This document shows, piece by piece, positions 10,482 to 20,600 of a DNA stretch of 64,000 nucleotides (position 1 is its first letter; every line of letters starts with the position of its first letter). Where the stretch lies: the NCBI GenBank assembly GCA_002483345.1, contig DLHS01000014.1, forward strand, positions 10,180 to 74,179, in the 5' to 3' direction. This DNA is from Bacteroidetes bacterium UBA7662. Its GTDB lineage: Bacteria > Bacteroidota > Bacteroidia > UBA7662. Made by a program: the position numbers and the translations under genes. The notes beneath the pieces are model-generated. The model was not told where the DNA came from. It did no database searches and saw only the letters and a list, made by a program, of their open reading frames with translations.

Positions 10482-10955
10482 CTACTTCAGCCGGATGGCC
10501 CGTTGAATGCTGTTCTCCAGAGAGATGAATGTTTCGGTACGCTGAATGCCATCGATGGCCTGCATCTGGTCGTTGAGTATCTGGCGGAGGTGATCCGTAT
10601 TTTTACAGATGATCTTACTGAAAATGCTGTAAGCACCAGTGATGTAGTGTGCTTCCACAATTTCCGGGATGGCTTCCATTTGGGCGATAACGGTTTTATA
10701 AGCCGAACCTTTTTCCAGGTAAATACCAACATAGGCTGTTAAGTCATAGCCCAACCGGGTATAATCTACCATCAGCCTTGAGCCGACTACCACGCCGGCC
10801 TGTTCAAGTTTTTTCATCCGCACATGAACTGTTCCGTCGGAAACAGGTATAGCCTGTGCAATTTTGGTGTAGGGAGTTTTGGCATCCTCCATCAGGGCAT
10901 TCAGAATGCCACGATCGGTATGGTCGATTTCGTAAAAAGGCTGGTTTTCTGGCAT
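10482..10955 (-). CDS. Lrp/AsnC family transcriptional regulator
   Basis: 157 aa. An N-terminal HTH (DRGILNALMEDAKTPYTKIAQAIPVSDGTVHVRMKKLEQAGVV) is followed by an RAM/ACT-like C-terminal domain. Confidence 0.85.
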   Translation of the reverse strand: MPENQPFYEIDHTDRGILNALMEDAKTPYTKIAQAIPVSDGTVHVRMKKLEQAGVVVGSRLMVDYTRLGYDLTAYVGIYLEKGSAYKTVIAQMEAIPEIVEAHYITGAYSIFSKIICKNTDHLRQILNDQMQAIDGIQRTETFISLENSIQRAIRLK

Positions 10956-10991
10956 ATCAATTTTCGATATATTATACTGTATAGCATTATT

Positions 10992-11032
10992 ATTTCGAAT
11001 ATACGAAAGTTTATTCTAATTATATTCGAAAT
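10992..11032. promoter_or_regulatory. candidate operator in the Lrp/AsnC gene upstream region
   Basis: An 11-bp perfect inverted repeat, ATTTCGAATAT (10992-11002) / ATATTCGAAAT (11022-11032), sits in a very AT-rich leader. A third TTCGATAT copy lies at 10963-10970. Confidence 0.4.
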
Positions 11033-11083
11033 TATGATAATTAATGTCATTTTGATAGTTTTGAATCAACAAATGAAACATAC

Positions 11084-11205
11084 TGTGGGGTGGTGAAATT
11101 GGCAGACATGCCCTCCTGTCGCGGGGGTGAAGACAACAGGATAAACCGGCTACTGCTGTCGCCGGCTAACTGCTTCGTGGAGGTTCGAATCCTTCTCCTA
11201 CAGCC
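11084..11205 (+). tRNA. tRNA-like gene with class II (Leu/Ser-like) architecture, anticodon loop CUGUCGC (GUC) and a roughly 49-nt variable region; identity unresolved
   Basis: The acceptor stem pairs TGTGGGG with TCCTACA (two G-U pairs). U8, A14 and G18G19 are present in a D arm GTGA-AATTGGCAG-ACAT. The anticodon hairpin is CCCTC-CTGTCGC-GGGGG and the T arm is the canonical GGAGG-TTCGAAT-CCTTC. The discriminator is G followed by CC. Total length is about 120 nt, versus 85-92 nt for normal class II tRNAs. Confidence 0.4.
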
Positions 11206-11212
11206 GAAATGG

Positions 11213-11405
11213 GTGAACGCTTCGCTGTTAACGCTGGTGCTTCGCACGTTGCTGGTTTGTTTGCTTTGCAAACGGGAACGCTACGCTGAGGTAGGTTTAT
11301 GCCTGCTAACGGCAAGACTATCCAGAAAGTCAGCGTAGCGTTCCCCGCGTAGCGAAACCAGTATGCCGGGCACCGGCCCGGCTACGTTCCCAGCGCAGCG
11401 TTCAC
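11213..11405. repeat. nested inverted repeats built from a GAACGCT(A/T)CGCTG motif, downstream of the tRNA-like gene
   Basis: The inner inverted repeat is 16/16: GGGAACGCTACGCTGA (11274-11289) / TCAGCGTAGCGTTCCC (11330-11345). The outer one is 14/15: GTGAACGCTTCGCTG (11213-11227) / CAGCGCAGCGTTCAC (11391-11405). A T-run follows at 11418-11425. Confidence 0.6.
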
Positions 11406-11466
11406 AAAACAAGGACGTTTTTTTTGCACATATACACGGTATACAGCCTTTGGCCATGTAGAACCT

Positions 11467-11474
11467 TATCTTTG
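11467..11474 (+). promoter_or_regulatory. Bacteroidota-type -7 promoter box (TATCTTTG) upstream of tatC
   Basis: Match to TAnnTTTG upstream of the tatC coding region. Confidence 0.35.
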
Positions 11475-11532
11475 TCGCAAATTATCGCATTCCTTGAAGT
11501 ATACCGATCAGTTCGAACAGGAAGACAATAAG

Positions 11533-12324
11533 ATGTCTTTTCTCGACCATCTGGATGCCTTGCGTGGCCATCTGGTGAGAAGTGCTATCGCCATCCTTGT
11601 GCTGGGAATAGTCGCTTTCAGTTTTAAATCGATTGTTTTTGACGGTATCATATTAGGCCCCAAAAGCATTGATTTTATAACGTACAGGCTCTTTTGCTGG
11701 TTGGGGGAGCAGTACAGCCTGCTGAAGGGTTTGTGTGTGCAGGAAATTCCGTTTGTGGTCATCAATATTGATATGACGGGACAGTTTATGCAGCATATTA
11801 CCATTTCTATCATAGCTGGTTTTGTGATTGCTTTCCCTTATATCATCTGGGAATTCTGGCGTTTTGTGAAGCCCGGACTCAAAGCCAGGGAAATCAAAGC
11901 AGCCAGGGGAATGATTTTTTATATCAGCGTACTCTTTTTTGCAGGGGTATCTTTCGGTTATTTTCTGCTGGCACCCCTCAGTATTTTGTTTTTGGGATCT
12001 TATCAGGTAAGCCCCGAAGTATTGAATCAAATCACCCTTTCATCTTATATCGGTACACTTACGACACTGGTTCTGGCCACAGGTTTGATATTCGAGTTGC
12101 CGGTACTTGCCTATTTTCTGGCACAGATAGGTTTTGTTACTGCAGCATTTTTGCGCAGTTCCCGACGGATAGCCACTGTCATTAATCTCATACTCGCCGC
12201 TATTATTACACCATCAGATGTTGGGAGTATGATACTCATGGCTATACCTTTGTTGTTGTTATACGAAATAAGCATTACAGTAGTTGCCAGGGTCGAACGA
12301 GAAAAAGCCAGGAAAAATGAATGA
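11533..12324 (+). CDS. tatC: twin-arginine translocase subunit TatC
   Basis: Polytopic membrane protein starting MSFLDHLDALRGHLVRSAIAI, typical of TatC. The ATG at 11533 is preferred over the TTG at 11494 in the ORF track. Confidence 0.85.
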   Translation: MSFLDHLDALRGHLVRSAIAILVLGIVAFSFKSIVFDGIILGPKSIDFITYRLFCWLGEQYSLLKGLCVQEIPFVVINIDMTGQFMQHITISIIAGFVIAFPYIIWEFWRFVKPGLKAREIKAARGMIFYISVLFFAGVSFGYFLLAPLSILFLGSYQVSPEVLNQITLSSYIGTLTTLVLATGLIFELPVLAYFLAQIGFVTAAFLRSSRRIATVINLILAAIITPSDVGSMILMAIPLLLLYEISITVVARVEREKARKNE

Positions 12325-12760
12325 GAAAACCACTAAGAAGTTGATGATAGGAGCCGATCATGCCGGTTTCGAACTCAAAGCAGCCTTGATCAGGCATCTC
12401 GAAGCAAAGGGAGAGGAAGTTCATGATTTTGGTGCCTATTCAGTCGATTCCGTTGATTATCCGGATTTCGCACACCCTGTTGCTGAAGCGGTACTGGCAG
12501 AGCAGACCCTGGGCATTTTGGTTTGCGGCAGTGGTAACGGGGTTTGCATGACTGCCAATAAACATGCCGGTATCCGTGCCGCCTTGTGCTGGACAGAAGC
12601 ACTGGCAGCGCTCGCACGTCAGCACAATGATGCAAACATCCTTTGCATCCCTGCCCGCTTTGTAGATCAGTCCATGGCCCTGGCCATGCTCGATACTTTC
12701 CTGAATACTCCTTTTGAAGGTAGCCGTCATGGCAACAGGGTTCATAAAATCGATTGCTGA
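12317..12760 (+). CDS. rpiB: ribose-5-phosphate isomerase B
   Basis: The core LMIGADHAGFELKAALIRHLEAKGEEVHDFG ... GILVCGSGNGVCMTANK matches RpiB/LacAB. There is an 8-nt overlap with the tatC stop. Confidence 0.85.
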   Translation: MNEKTTKKLMIGADHAGFELKAALIRHLEAKGEEVHDFGAYSVDSVDYPDFAHPVAEAVLAEQTLGILVCGSGNGVCMTANKHAGIRAALCWTEALAALARQHNDANILCIPARFVDQSMALAMLDTFLNTPFEGSRHGNRVHKIDC

Positions 12761-12765
12761 GGCCT

Positions 12766-14286
12766 ATGAAAAATATATTGTTAACCGTATGTCTGCTTTG
12801 GGGCGGGGTATTGTCTGCACAGTTGCCACTGGCCAATCCTGAAACTATCCGGAAAGACCTCGCTGTACTTACTTCCGATGCCTTCAGAGGTAGGGGCACC
12901 GCCGATACCGGCTATAATCTCGCAGCCGCTTATGTGGGAGAAAAATTGCTTGAAGCAGGTATGCACACCCTGAGCGGAACACAAATGCCGGGTGGTAGGC
13001 CGGAAGATTTTTTTCTGCCCGTTCCCATGCTCCGTGAAAAGCTGATCGATATCCGCTGGCGAACAGGCAGCAAAAGCTGGAAATTCGGCAAAGATTTCTA
13101 TACCAACCGCGCCTTTCCAAAGGAAATCATTGTGGCAGATGAAATAGTGGTTATCGGTTATGGCAGGGAAGAAGATGTCAACCAGGCAGTTTTAGCAGAT
13201 AAAGTGGTGGTCATCTGGCGGAAAAAAACCGGTAAGGAAAAGCCAGCTAGTATACGTGAAATCACCCGTCAACTGAACCGTTCCAATCCAAGGGCCATTA
13301 TCCTGATCGACCAGGATTTCCCCAAAAAGCCTGCAGCCATGGCTGCGTTTTTACAGACAGAACGTGTCAGCATTGATTATAACCGGGAAATAGAAGAAGG
13401 AATCAGCATCAATACCAATCCCGCGGTCCCGATGGTGGTCATCTCTGAAAAAACAGCCAGAAAAATATGGAAAGACCAGGGGCTGGAGTGGAAAAAAAGC
13501 TGGGCTGCTTTCGAAACACCAGGTAGCAGGCGACCTCAGGTGATGCCTTTTCAAATGCGTTTACAGGCAGAAATGACGTCAGTACAGGTAAATGTGCCCA
13601 ATGTAGCGGGGTTTTTACCTGGTAAAAAGTACCCGGACCAGTATATTGTCGTGACAGCCCACCTGGACCACCTCGGAAAACACGATGGTAAAACCTATTA
13701 CGGTGCCGACGACAATGGCAGTGGCTCCTCCGCACTACTCGAAATGACGCGCTTGTTACAGCAATACCGGGAGCAGGGCGAACTTTCGGACCGGAGCATT
13801 GTTTTTCTTTGGTTTACAGGAGAAGAAATGGGCCTCCTTGGAAGCCAGTATTTTACCTATAAATCTGTAATTCCGCTCGAAAACATCATGGCAAACCTGA
13901 ACGTGGATATGATCGGAAGGATAGATAAAGCCCATGAGCAGGACACGAATTATGTATACCTGATCGGGTCAGACCGTCTCAGCACCCAGTTGCACCAAAA
14001 GAGTGAGGAAATAAACAGCAATTGCTGCGGAATGCAATTAGACTATACGTTTAACGACCCGAAAGACAAAAACAGGTATTACGAACGTTCTGATCACTAT
14101 AATTTTGCCAAACAAGGCATACCATGCATTTTTTATTTCAGCGGTATACATGCTGATTATCACAAACCAACAGATACGATGGATAAAATTAATTTTCATC
14201 GCATCGCCCGGATCACAGATCTGATACTGCAAACGGCAGTCGGATTAGGTAATTTAGAAACCCCGCTTCTTCTCGACAAACAATGA
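12766..14286 (+). CDS. secreted M28-family metallopeptidase (aminopeptidase-like)
   Basis: Signal peptide present. Zn-ligand motifs HLDHLG, GADDNGSGSSALLE, FTGEEMGLLGS, NVDMIG and HADYHKPTDT are present. Confidence 0.8.
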   Translation: MKNILLTVCLLWGGVLSAQLPLANPETIRKDLAVLTSDAFRGRGTADTGYNLAAAYVGEKLLEAGMHTLSGTQMPGGRPEDFFLPVPMLREKLIDIRWRTGSKSWKFGKDFYTNRAFPKEIIVADEIVVIGYGREEDVNQAVLADKVVVIWRKKTGKEKPASIREITRQLNRSNPRAIILIDQDFPKKPAAMAAFLQTERVSIDYNREIEEGISINTNPAVPMVVISEKTARKIWKDQGLEWKKSWAAFETPGSRRPQVMPFQMRLQAEMTSVQVNVPNVAGFLPGKKYPDQYIVVTAHLDHLGKHDGKTYYGADDNGSGSSALLEMTRLLQQYREQGELSDRSIVFLWFTGEEMGLLGSQYFTYKSVIPLENIMANLNVDMIGRIDKAHEQDTNYVYLIGSDRLSTQLHQKSEEINSNCCGMQLDYTFNDPKDKNRYYERSDHYNFAKQGIPCIFYFSGIHADYHKPTDTMDKINFHRIARITDLILQTAVGLGNLETPLLLDKQ

Positions 14287-15662
14287 CTCAGCAGTCCCAA
14301 AGTTTTCTTAAAGCTGCAGAAAGCAAGGCGTTTGATCTCAAGCACCGTAACACCATTAATTTTAACATTGGGAAGTACAATGTAGCGGTAGAGAAGGGTT
14401 TACAACATTTCAGTAACCTCGAACTGGCGAGAAACAGGGCTAATCACATCAAATGGGCTGCCATAGAAAAACTTGAGCAGTACCTGCTGCAGTTTGAAAC
14501 CAACTTCCAGGCCAATGGCGGCAAGGTACTTTGGGCTCAGAACGGGGAAGAAGCCATCAACGAAATCCTGCATATTTTCAAAAAAGTAGAAGGCCGCTCT
14601 CTGGTCAAGTCTAAGTCGATGGTGACCGAAGAAATTCATCTCAACCAGGCGCTTGAAAAAAATGGCATTGAGGTATTTGAAACAGATCTTGGTGAATTTA
14701 TCCAGCAAATCGACGGAGAACCTCCCTATCACATCGTGACACCTGCCATGCATAAAAGCAAGGAGGACATAGCTGATCTTTTTCACCGTAAGCTTAATAC
14801 CGCACCCCATCTAAGTCCTGAGGCACTCACCGATATTGCCCGACAGTTGTTGCGTGAAAAATATGTGCAGGCGGAGGTAGGTATTACCGGTGCCAATTTT
14901 ATCGTAGCGGATACAGGCAGTATTGCACTTACCGAAAATGAAGGCAATGCCCGCCTGAGCATTACTTTCCCCAAAGTTCACATTGTAATTGCCGGGATAG
15001 AGAAGGTGCTGCCTTCGGTAAATGACCTCAACCTTTTCTGGCCCTTATTGGCTACCCATGGTACCGGTCAGTTTGTGACAGCGTATAACACACTTGTCAG
15101 CGGGCCACGCCGGCAGGGAGAAACCGACGGGCCGGAAGAAATGTATGTCATCCTGCTGGATAACGGGCGAACAGATATCCTCGCGGATACCGAACAAAGA
15201 CAATCGCTCTATTGCATCCGCTGCGGCGCCTGCCTGAATGCCTGCCCGGTTTATAAAAACATTGGCGGTCATACCTACGGCACTACCTACAGCGGCCCCA
15301 TCGGATCGGTTATTACCCCACACCTCCAGGGAATGGAGTCGTTCAAACACCTCAGTTTTGCCTCCTCATTGTGTGGGAATTGTACAGAGGTATGCCCTGT
15401 ACGCATTGATTTGCACAAACTGCTGCTGGTTAACCGCCGCCAGTCTGTAGAACAGCAATTGAGTACAAAAAATGATAACCGTACCTGGTATTTCTGGAAA
15501 AAGGCCATGATGAGTCGTAAACTGATGAACATGGCCAATGGCAAACTCAAAAATATGGCGATGCAACTGCTGGTAAAAAATACCTGGGGAAATCGCCGCA
15601 AATTACCAGTCATCGCTGCCAAATCTTTCAATGAACGCTGGCGTGCACGCCAGTCCAAATAA
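14283..15662 (+). CDS. lutB: LutB/LldF-family iron-sulfur protein (LUD domain plus 2x 4Fe-4S motifs)
   Basis: 459 aa with ferredoxin-type clusters CIRCGACLNACPVY and CGNCTEVCPV. Domain order and length fit LutB. Confidence 0.75.
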   Translation: MTQQSQSFLKAAESKAFDLKHRNTINFNIGKYNVAVEKGLQHFSNLELARNRANHIKWAAIEKLEQYLLQFETNFQANGGKVLWAQNGEEAINEILHIFKKVEGRSLVKSKSMVTEEIHLNQALEKNGIEVFETDLGEFIQQIDGEPPYHIVTPAMHKSKEDIADLFHRKLNTAPHLSPEALTDIARQLLREKYVQAEVGITGANFIVADTGSIALTENEGNARLSITFPKVHIVIAGIEKVLPSVNDLNLFWPLLATHGTGQFVTAYNTLVSGPRRQGETDGPEEMYVILLDNGRTDILADTEQRQSLYCIRCGACLNACPVYKNIGGHTYGTTYSGPIGSVITPHLQGMESFKHLSFASSLCGNCTEVCPVRIDLHKLLLVNRRQSVEQQLSTKNDNRTWYFWKKAMMSRKLMNMANGKLKNMAMQLLVKNTWGNRRKLPVIAAKSFNERWRARQSK

Positions 15663-15673
15663 TTTACTTTCAG

Positions 15674-17647
15674 ATGTTATTCGATCGCAGGCATTATTCC
15701 GACGACCATTTGCGCGGGCTTTACGAGGGGCTTTTACTGCCCCGCATGATTGAAGAAAAAATGCTTGTTTTGCTGCGTCAGGGCAAGGTAAGCAAATGGT
15801 TTTCAGGCATTGGTCAGGAGGCGATTGCCGTCGGTGCCACCATGGCCCTCGATGCAGATGAATACATCATGCCCCTGCACCGGAATCTGGGTGTTTTTAC
15901 CGGCCGGGGAATGGACTTAGGGCAGCTTTTTGCACAGTTTCAGGGGAAATTCAAAGGGTTTTCAAAAGGAAGGGAGCGTTCTTTTCACTTCGGAAGTAAC
16001 CCGCACCACATTGTTGGTATGATTTCGCATTTAGGGCCCCAGCTCGCCATTGCCGATGGGATTTCCCTGGCACATAAAATAAGTGGTGACAAAAAAATCA
16101 GCCTTGCTTTCAGCGGAGACGGAGGGAGCAGCGAAGGTGATTTTCACGAAGCGCTGAATGTTGCGGCAGTATGGGAGCTGCCGGTCATCTTTCTGATCGA
16201 AAACAACGGATACGGGCTTTCAACCCCTTCCAATGAGCAGTTTCGCTGCAAGCAGTTTATCGACAAAGGGATAGGCTACGGTATGGAGGCCGTTCAGATC
16301 GACGGGAATAACATACTGGATGTGTACCAAACGGTTTCTGACCTGGCCGCATCGATGCGGGAAAACCCCAGGCCTGTATTGCTGGAATGTATCACCTTCC
16401 GGATGCGGGGACACGAAGAAGCTTCAGGCACCAAGTATGTTCCGCAGGAATTGTTTGACTTGTGGGGGCAGAAAGACCCGGTGGAGAATTATGAAAAGTA
16501 TCTCCGCCAACTTGGCGTGATAGATGATGCCTATGTAACCGCAGCCCGCAAAAAATTCCAACAGCAAATAGAAGCAGGACTTCAGTTCGCCTTTAATGAA
16601 CCCGAGATAGCGCCGGATACCCATTATGAACTGACGGATGTTTATGCACCGTATGTGCAGCAAGTCACCACGGCCACGGGTCCTGTTTCCGAAAAAAGGC
16701 TGGTTGATGCCATCTCCGATGGTTTGAGGCAGGCCATGGAGAAACACGACAAACTGGTACTGATGGGACAGGACATCGCCGAATACGGAGGTGTTTTTAA
16801 GATTACACAGGGTTTTGTAGAACTTTTTGGCAAAGACAGGGTGCGTAACACCCCGCTATGTGAATCCGCAATACTGGGGGCAGCCCTCGGCTTATCCATT
16901 AAAGGGTACAAAGCCATGATGGAGATGCAGTTCGCAGACTTTGTAACCGTTGGATTTAATCAGATAGTAAATAACCTGGCTAAAATGCACTACCGTTGGG
17001 GCCAGCAGGCCGATGTGGTGGTTCGGATGCCAACAGGAGCAGGGGTAGGGGCAGGTCCTTTTCACTCCCAATCAAACGAAGCCTGGTTTTTTCATACACC
17101 AGGCCTGAAAATAGTTTATCCGTCTACACCGGAAGATGCCAAAGGTTTGTTGCTGGCAGCTTTTGAGGACCCCAATCCATATTTGTTTTTTGAACACAAA
17201 GCATTGTACCGCTCTGTCAGCGGCCAGGTTCCGGATGGCTATTATACCCTGCCGATTGGCAAGGCTCGCATAGCCCGGGAGGGGGAGGAGGTTACCGTAG
17301 TGACCTATGGCGCGGCGGTGCATTGGGCTATTGAAGAAGCAGCTTCCGGGATGTATGATATGGAAATCATAGACTTGAGAACATTACTCCCGTGGGATAA
17401 GGAAACAGTCTTTGCCTCTGTCAGAAAAACAGGGCGTGTCATTGTTTTACATGAAGATTCTTTGACCGGAGGAATAGGAGGAGAGATAGCTGCCTGTATT
17501 GCCGAGGAGTGTTTTCAGGTGCTCGACGCACCTGTTGTTAGATCGGGTGCCCTAGATACGCCCGTCCCGTTTTCTGTGGTGCTCGAACAGAATTTTTTGG
17601 GTAGAGACCGATTTAAAAACAAATTAAAGTCTTTGATGGATTACTGA
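15674..17647 (+). CDS. 2-oxoacid dehydrogenase E1 component, fused alpha/beta subunits (TPP-dependent)
   Basis: 657 aa. The N-terminal half carries the TPP-binding motif (GDGGSSEGDFHEALNVAAVWELPVIFLIENNGYG). The C-terminal half resembles a transketolase-like beta subunit. Confidence 0.8.
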   Translation: MLFDRRHYSDDHLRGLYEGLLLPRMIEEKMLVLLRQGKVSKWFSGIGQEAIAVGATMALDADEYIMPLHRNLGVFTGRGMDLGQLFAQFQGKFKGFSKGRERSFHFGSNPHHIVGMISHLGPQLAIADGISLAHKISGDKKISLAFSGDGGSSEGDFHEALNVAAVWELPVIFLIENNGYGLSTPSNEQFRCKQFIDKGIGYGMEAVQIDGNNILDVYQTVSDLAASMRENPRPVLLECITFRMRGHEEASGTKYVPQELFDLWGQKDPVENYEKYLRQLGVIDDAYVTAARKKFQQQIEAGLQFAFNEPEIAPDTHYELTDVYAPYVQQVTTATGPVSEKRLVDAISDGLRQAMEKHDKLVLMGQDIAEYGGVFKITQGFVELFGKDRVRNTPLCESAILGAALGLSIKGYKAMMEMQFADFVTVGFNQIVNNLAKMHYRWGQQADVVVRMPTGAGVGAGPFHSQSNEAWFFHTPGLKIVYPSTPEDAKGLLLAAFEDPNPYLFFEHKALYRSVSGQVPDGYYTLPIGKARIAREGEEVTVVTYGAAVHWAIEEAASGMYDMEIIDLRTLLPWDKETVFASVRKTGRVIVLHEDSLTGGIGGEIAACIAEECFQVLDAPVVRSGALDTPVPFSVVLEQNFLGRDRFKNKLKSLMDY

Positions 17648-17695
17648 TTGTAGGCGGCTTTCTATAAATTAGCGAGATAAACTGTTTCTCGCCCG

Positions 17696-20600
17696 ATGGT
17701 AAAACGTCTATGCACGCTTGCTTTTCTGCTCTTTAGTACTTTTTCAGTATATGCCCAATTGCCTCCCGGGGTCAATATGCGGTTTTTTACGAGCTTTGAA
17801 AACCCTAATCCTTTCGATAGCACCACCTCGGCCTTCACGGGTCCGAATGCAAGTTCTTTCTCTGTAGAAACCACTTTAAGTAGTCCTGCCGGAGGACAAT
17901 CGGTGCGGTCTATGCTAGGTGCCCAATCTACCATAACCCTTACAACCCACCCGGTTTCAACCCTGGGGCAAACCAAGGTTTGGTTTGATTTTAACCACAT
18001 TGCCAAAGTAGCTTCCGAGGAACAGGCACAAGTGCAGATTTCGATCGACGGTGGTAACAACTGGACGAATCTGAGCGTAACCAATTGTAATTATCTGGGT
18101 GCAGCGCTGGCTTTCAGGACAAGGAATTCATTTGCTGAGTTTGATTACAGTACCTGGGATGTTTTGAATCCTGCCGCGGTGCCACTCAATACCTGGTGGA
18201 AACATGAAAGATTCGATGTGTCTTACATCGCTGCCAATCAGGCGGATGTTCGTTTTCGCTTCCGTCTTCAGGACGGCGGACTTCCGGGAGCAGGTTCTCC
18301 TCCCCGTTATGGCTGGCTGATCGACAGTGTCATGATTACTTCTGCTTTTTCGGAACTTGTTCCTCCGGTTATCAATCATACCCCTCTTACCGGAAATCAA
18401 TACCAGATTGACAATGCCATATTTGCAACCATTAATGATGGCCCGGGTTGTGATACCACGGGTATACTCAATACCTGGGCATTCTTTACCAACAACAATG
18501 GCCCTCTCGACTCTGTAGAGCTGATTCGGGTAGGAACCTCGCTGATCTGGAGAGATAGTATTGCCCGTCCGCAGGTAGCAGATGGGGATACAGTTTGTTA
18601 TTACCTGCGTTCCAAAGACTCATCTCCTAACCAAAACATCCGGTATTTCCCGAATCAGTCAAATCCGGGTGACAGCTGTATCTCTTACATCGTATCCGGC
18701 CCGCCATTGTTAAATCATACGCCTTTTTTAGGTGTGCAGTTTTCTGCCGGACCATTTGTGGTTACCGCATCATCTAGTGATGCCTCCGGCATAGACTCTG
18801 TTTTGCTGTTTTACAGCATCAACGGAGGGGCATGGCAACTGAAAAGGATGAATCCCGGAGCTAATAATAGCTACAGCGATACCATTTTTGTAATAGATGG
18901 TGATACGATAGATTATTATCTGGAATCAGTTGATTTGAGTTTACGCCGTTTCAGAACCCGTATTCCGGATACTGCCTGGACTTTTATCGCCTCCGGACCA
19001 CCAACCATTACTTGGCCGACCGCTTTTGCCCAATGCCCGATTTTCCTTGGAGGTATTTTTGAATCGCCCCCCTTTAATATAGGAGTTCAGATAACCGATG
19101 CCAGCCGCATCGATACGGCCTTCCTGTATTATACCATTAACAATGGCCCTCTCGATTCAGTCGGTATGACCAGGATAACGACACCTGGTTTTTGCAACTG
19201 GAGCGGGGCGATACCAGTGGCGGCAAATGAAGACACTATTTGTTATTATGTAACTGCTTACGACTCATCGGTCAGAAACAACTATCGCAGTGATCCGGAT
19301 ACAAGTTGTCGTCAGTTTGTGGTTTTATCAGGTATCAAACCTAACTACAACGACGATTTGGAGAGTATTCCGCTCTGGAATGCTTCTTTGGGAACACCGA
19401 GTGCGCCGGATGGCTGGGTTTTAGGCACACCTGCCAAAAGTAATATCAATGCAACCCGTACAGGCACAAAAGCCTGGGTAGTAGGTCCGCTTAACAGCGA
19501 TTATGCTGGTAATGCGTTCTATTATCTGGAGTCGCCGGTATTCGATTTCTCTGATGCTGAAAACCCTACCTTGTCGTTCTGGATGTGGAGAAACATCAGC
19601 GATGGTCTTACCGGTGGTGACGCATTGTGGATAGAGTATACAACCAATATCTATGCGCCTGTCTGGACAAAACTGACCGCGGGATTGGGAATTTCAAATA
19701 ACTGGTACAATAAGATCAATGCAATTCCGGCCCTTCCGGGTACTGCCGGAGGATTCTGGGATGGCAGCACCAATGGGTATCAAAAATCGGAAATAAGGCT
19801 TACCGCGCCGGTTTTCCAAAATAACCCTAACAAACTCAAATTCAGATTTGTCTTCCGTTCCACACCTACTTTCCACGCAAATGGTGTTGCCATCGATGAT
19901 ATCAGCATTACCCGACCGGTTCCGGTGGACGTAAACGTTTTACGTGTTGTAAGTAGCTCGCCACCTACACAAGCCTTTGCCGGAACGCAGGTGATAAGCG
20001 GAAATCCGTTCAACTTTGGTGTAACCATCCGGAATTTCGGACAGGTTGCCCTGGATACTGTTCCGATGGTTTGGGAACTGAATGGTCTAAGAGATACCAC
20101 CATTTTGTATCTGGGCCCCTTGGCAGTAAACCGGGATACCACACTTATGCTGGATTCAGTTCGGGGTGGTACCATTAATTGCTGGTCAGACATCAAAGTA
20201 TGGTCTGCCAAATTGGATGATACCAATCAGCTGAATGACACCACCTTGACCAATGTCTACGGTATTCCGACCGTAAGATTCCCTTATCTCGAGAATTTTG
20301 ACTCGACAGCCGCCTGTAACTGGTTGCCTCTGGCTATCGGAAGCAATAATATGCCGTGGGAGCGGGGTACACCTGCCAAAGCGACGATTAATGCTTCGTT
20401 CAGTACGCCTAATGCCTGGGTGACTGATTTGGATGCCAATCCGATTGCGAATTCGCAAGGATATCTGTATTCACCACTTTTTGATTTAAGCAAATCTGTC
20501 AATGGTTTGTTAAGTGTTCGCCTGCATCGCCGGTTTGCAGCGGGGTCTGGGTTGCGTATTACTTATTCGAATGAGAACAATAATGGCCCGTGGCTGCCCC

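Noticed and set aside
11084-11430. tmRNA, SRP RNA, or a tRNA with a group I intron as explanations for the long tRNA-like region
   Set aside because: The acceptor-like 5' end and the T arm are only about 120 nt apart, far too short for tmRNA, and there is no tag ORF. There is no GGAA-tetraloop SRP domain IV motif. The extra sequence is about 35-50 nt, well below group I intron size, and it sits in the variable arm rather than the anticodon loop.
17662-18084. 140-aa minus-strand ORF overlapping the start of the T9SS cargo gene
   Set aside because: It is antisense to a supported gene with a signal peptide; no motif support.
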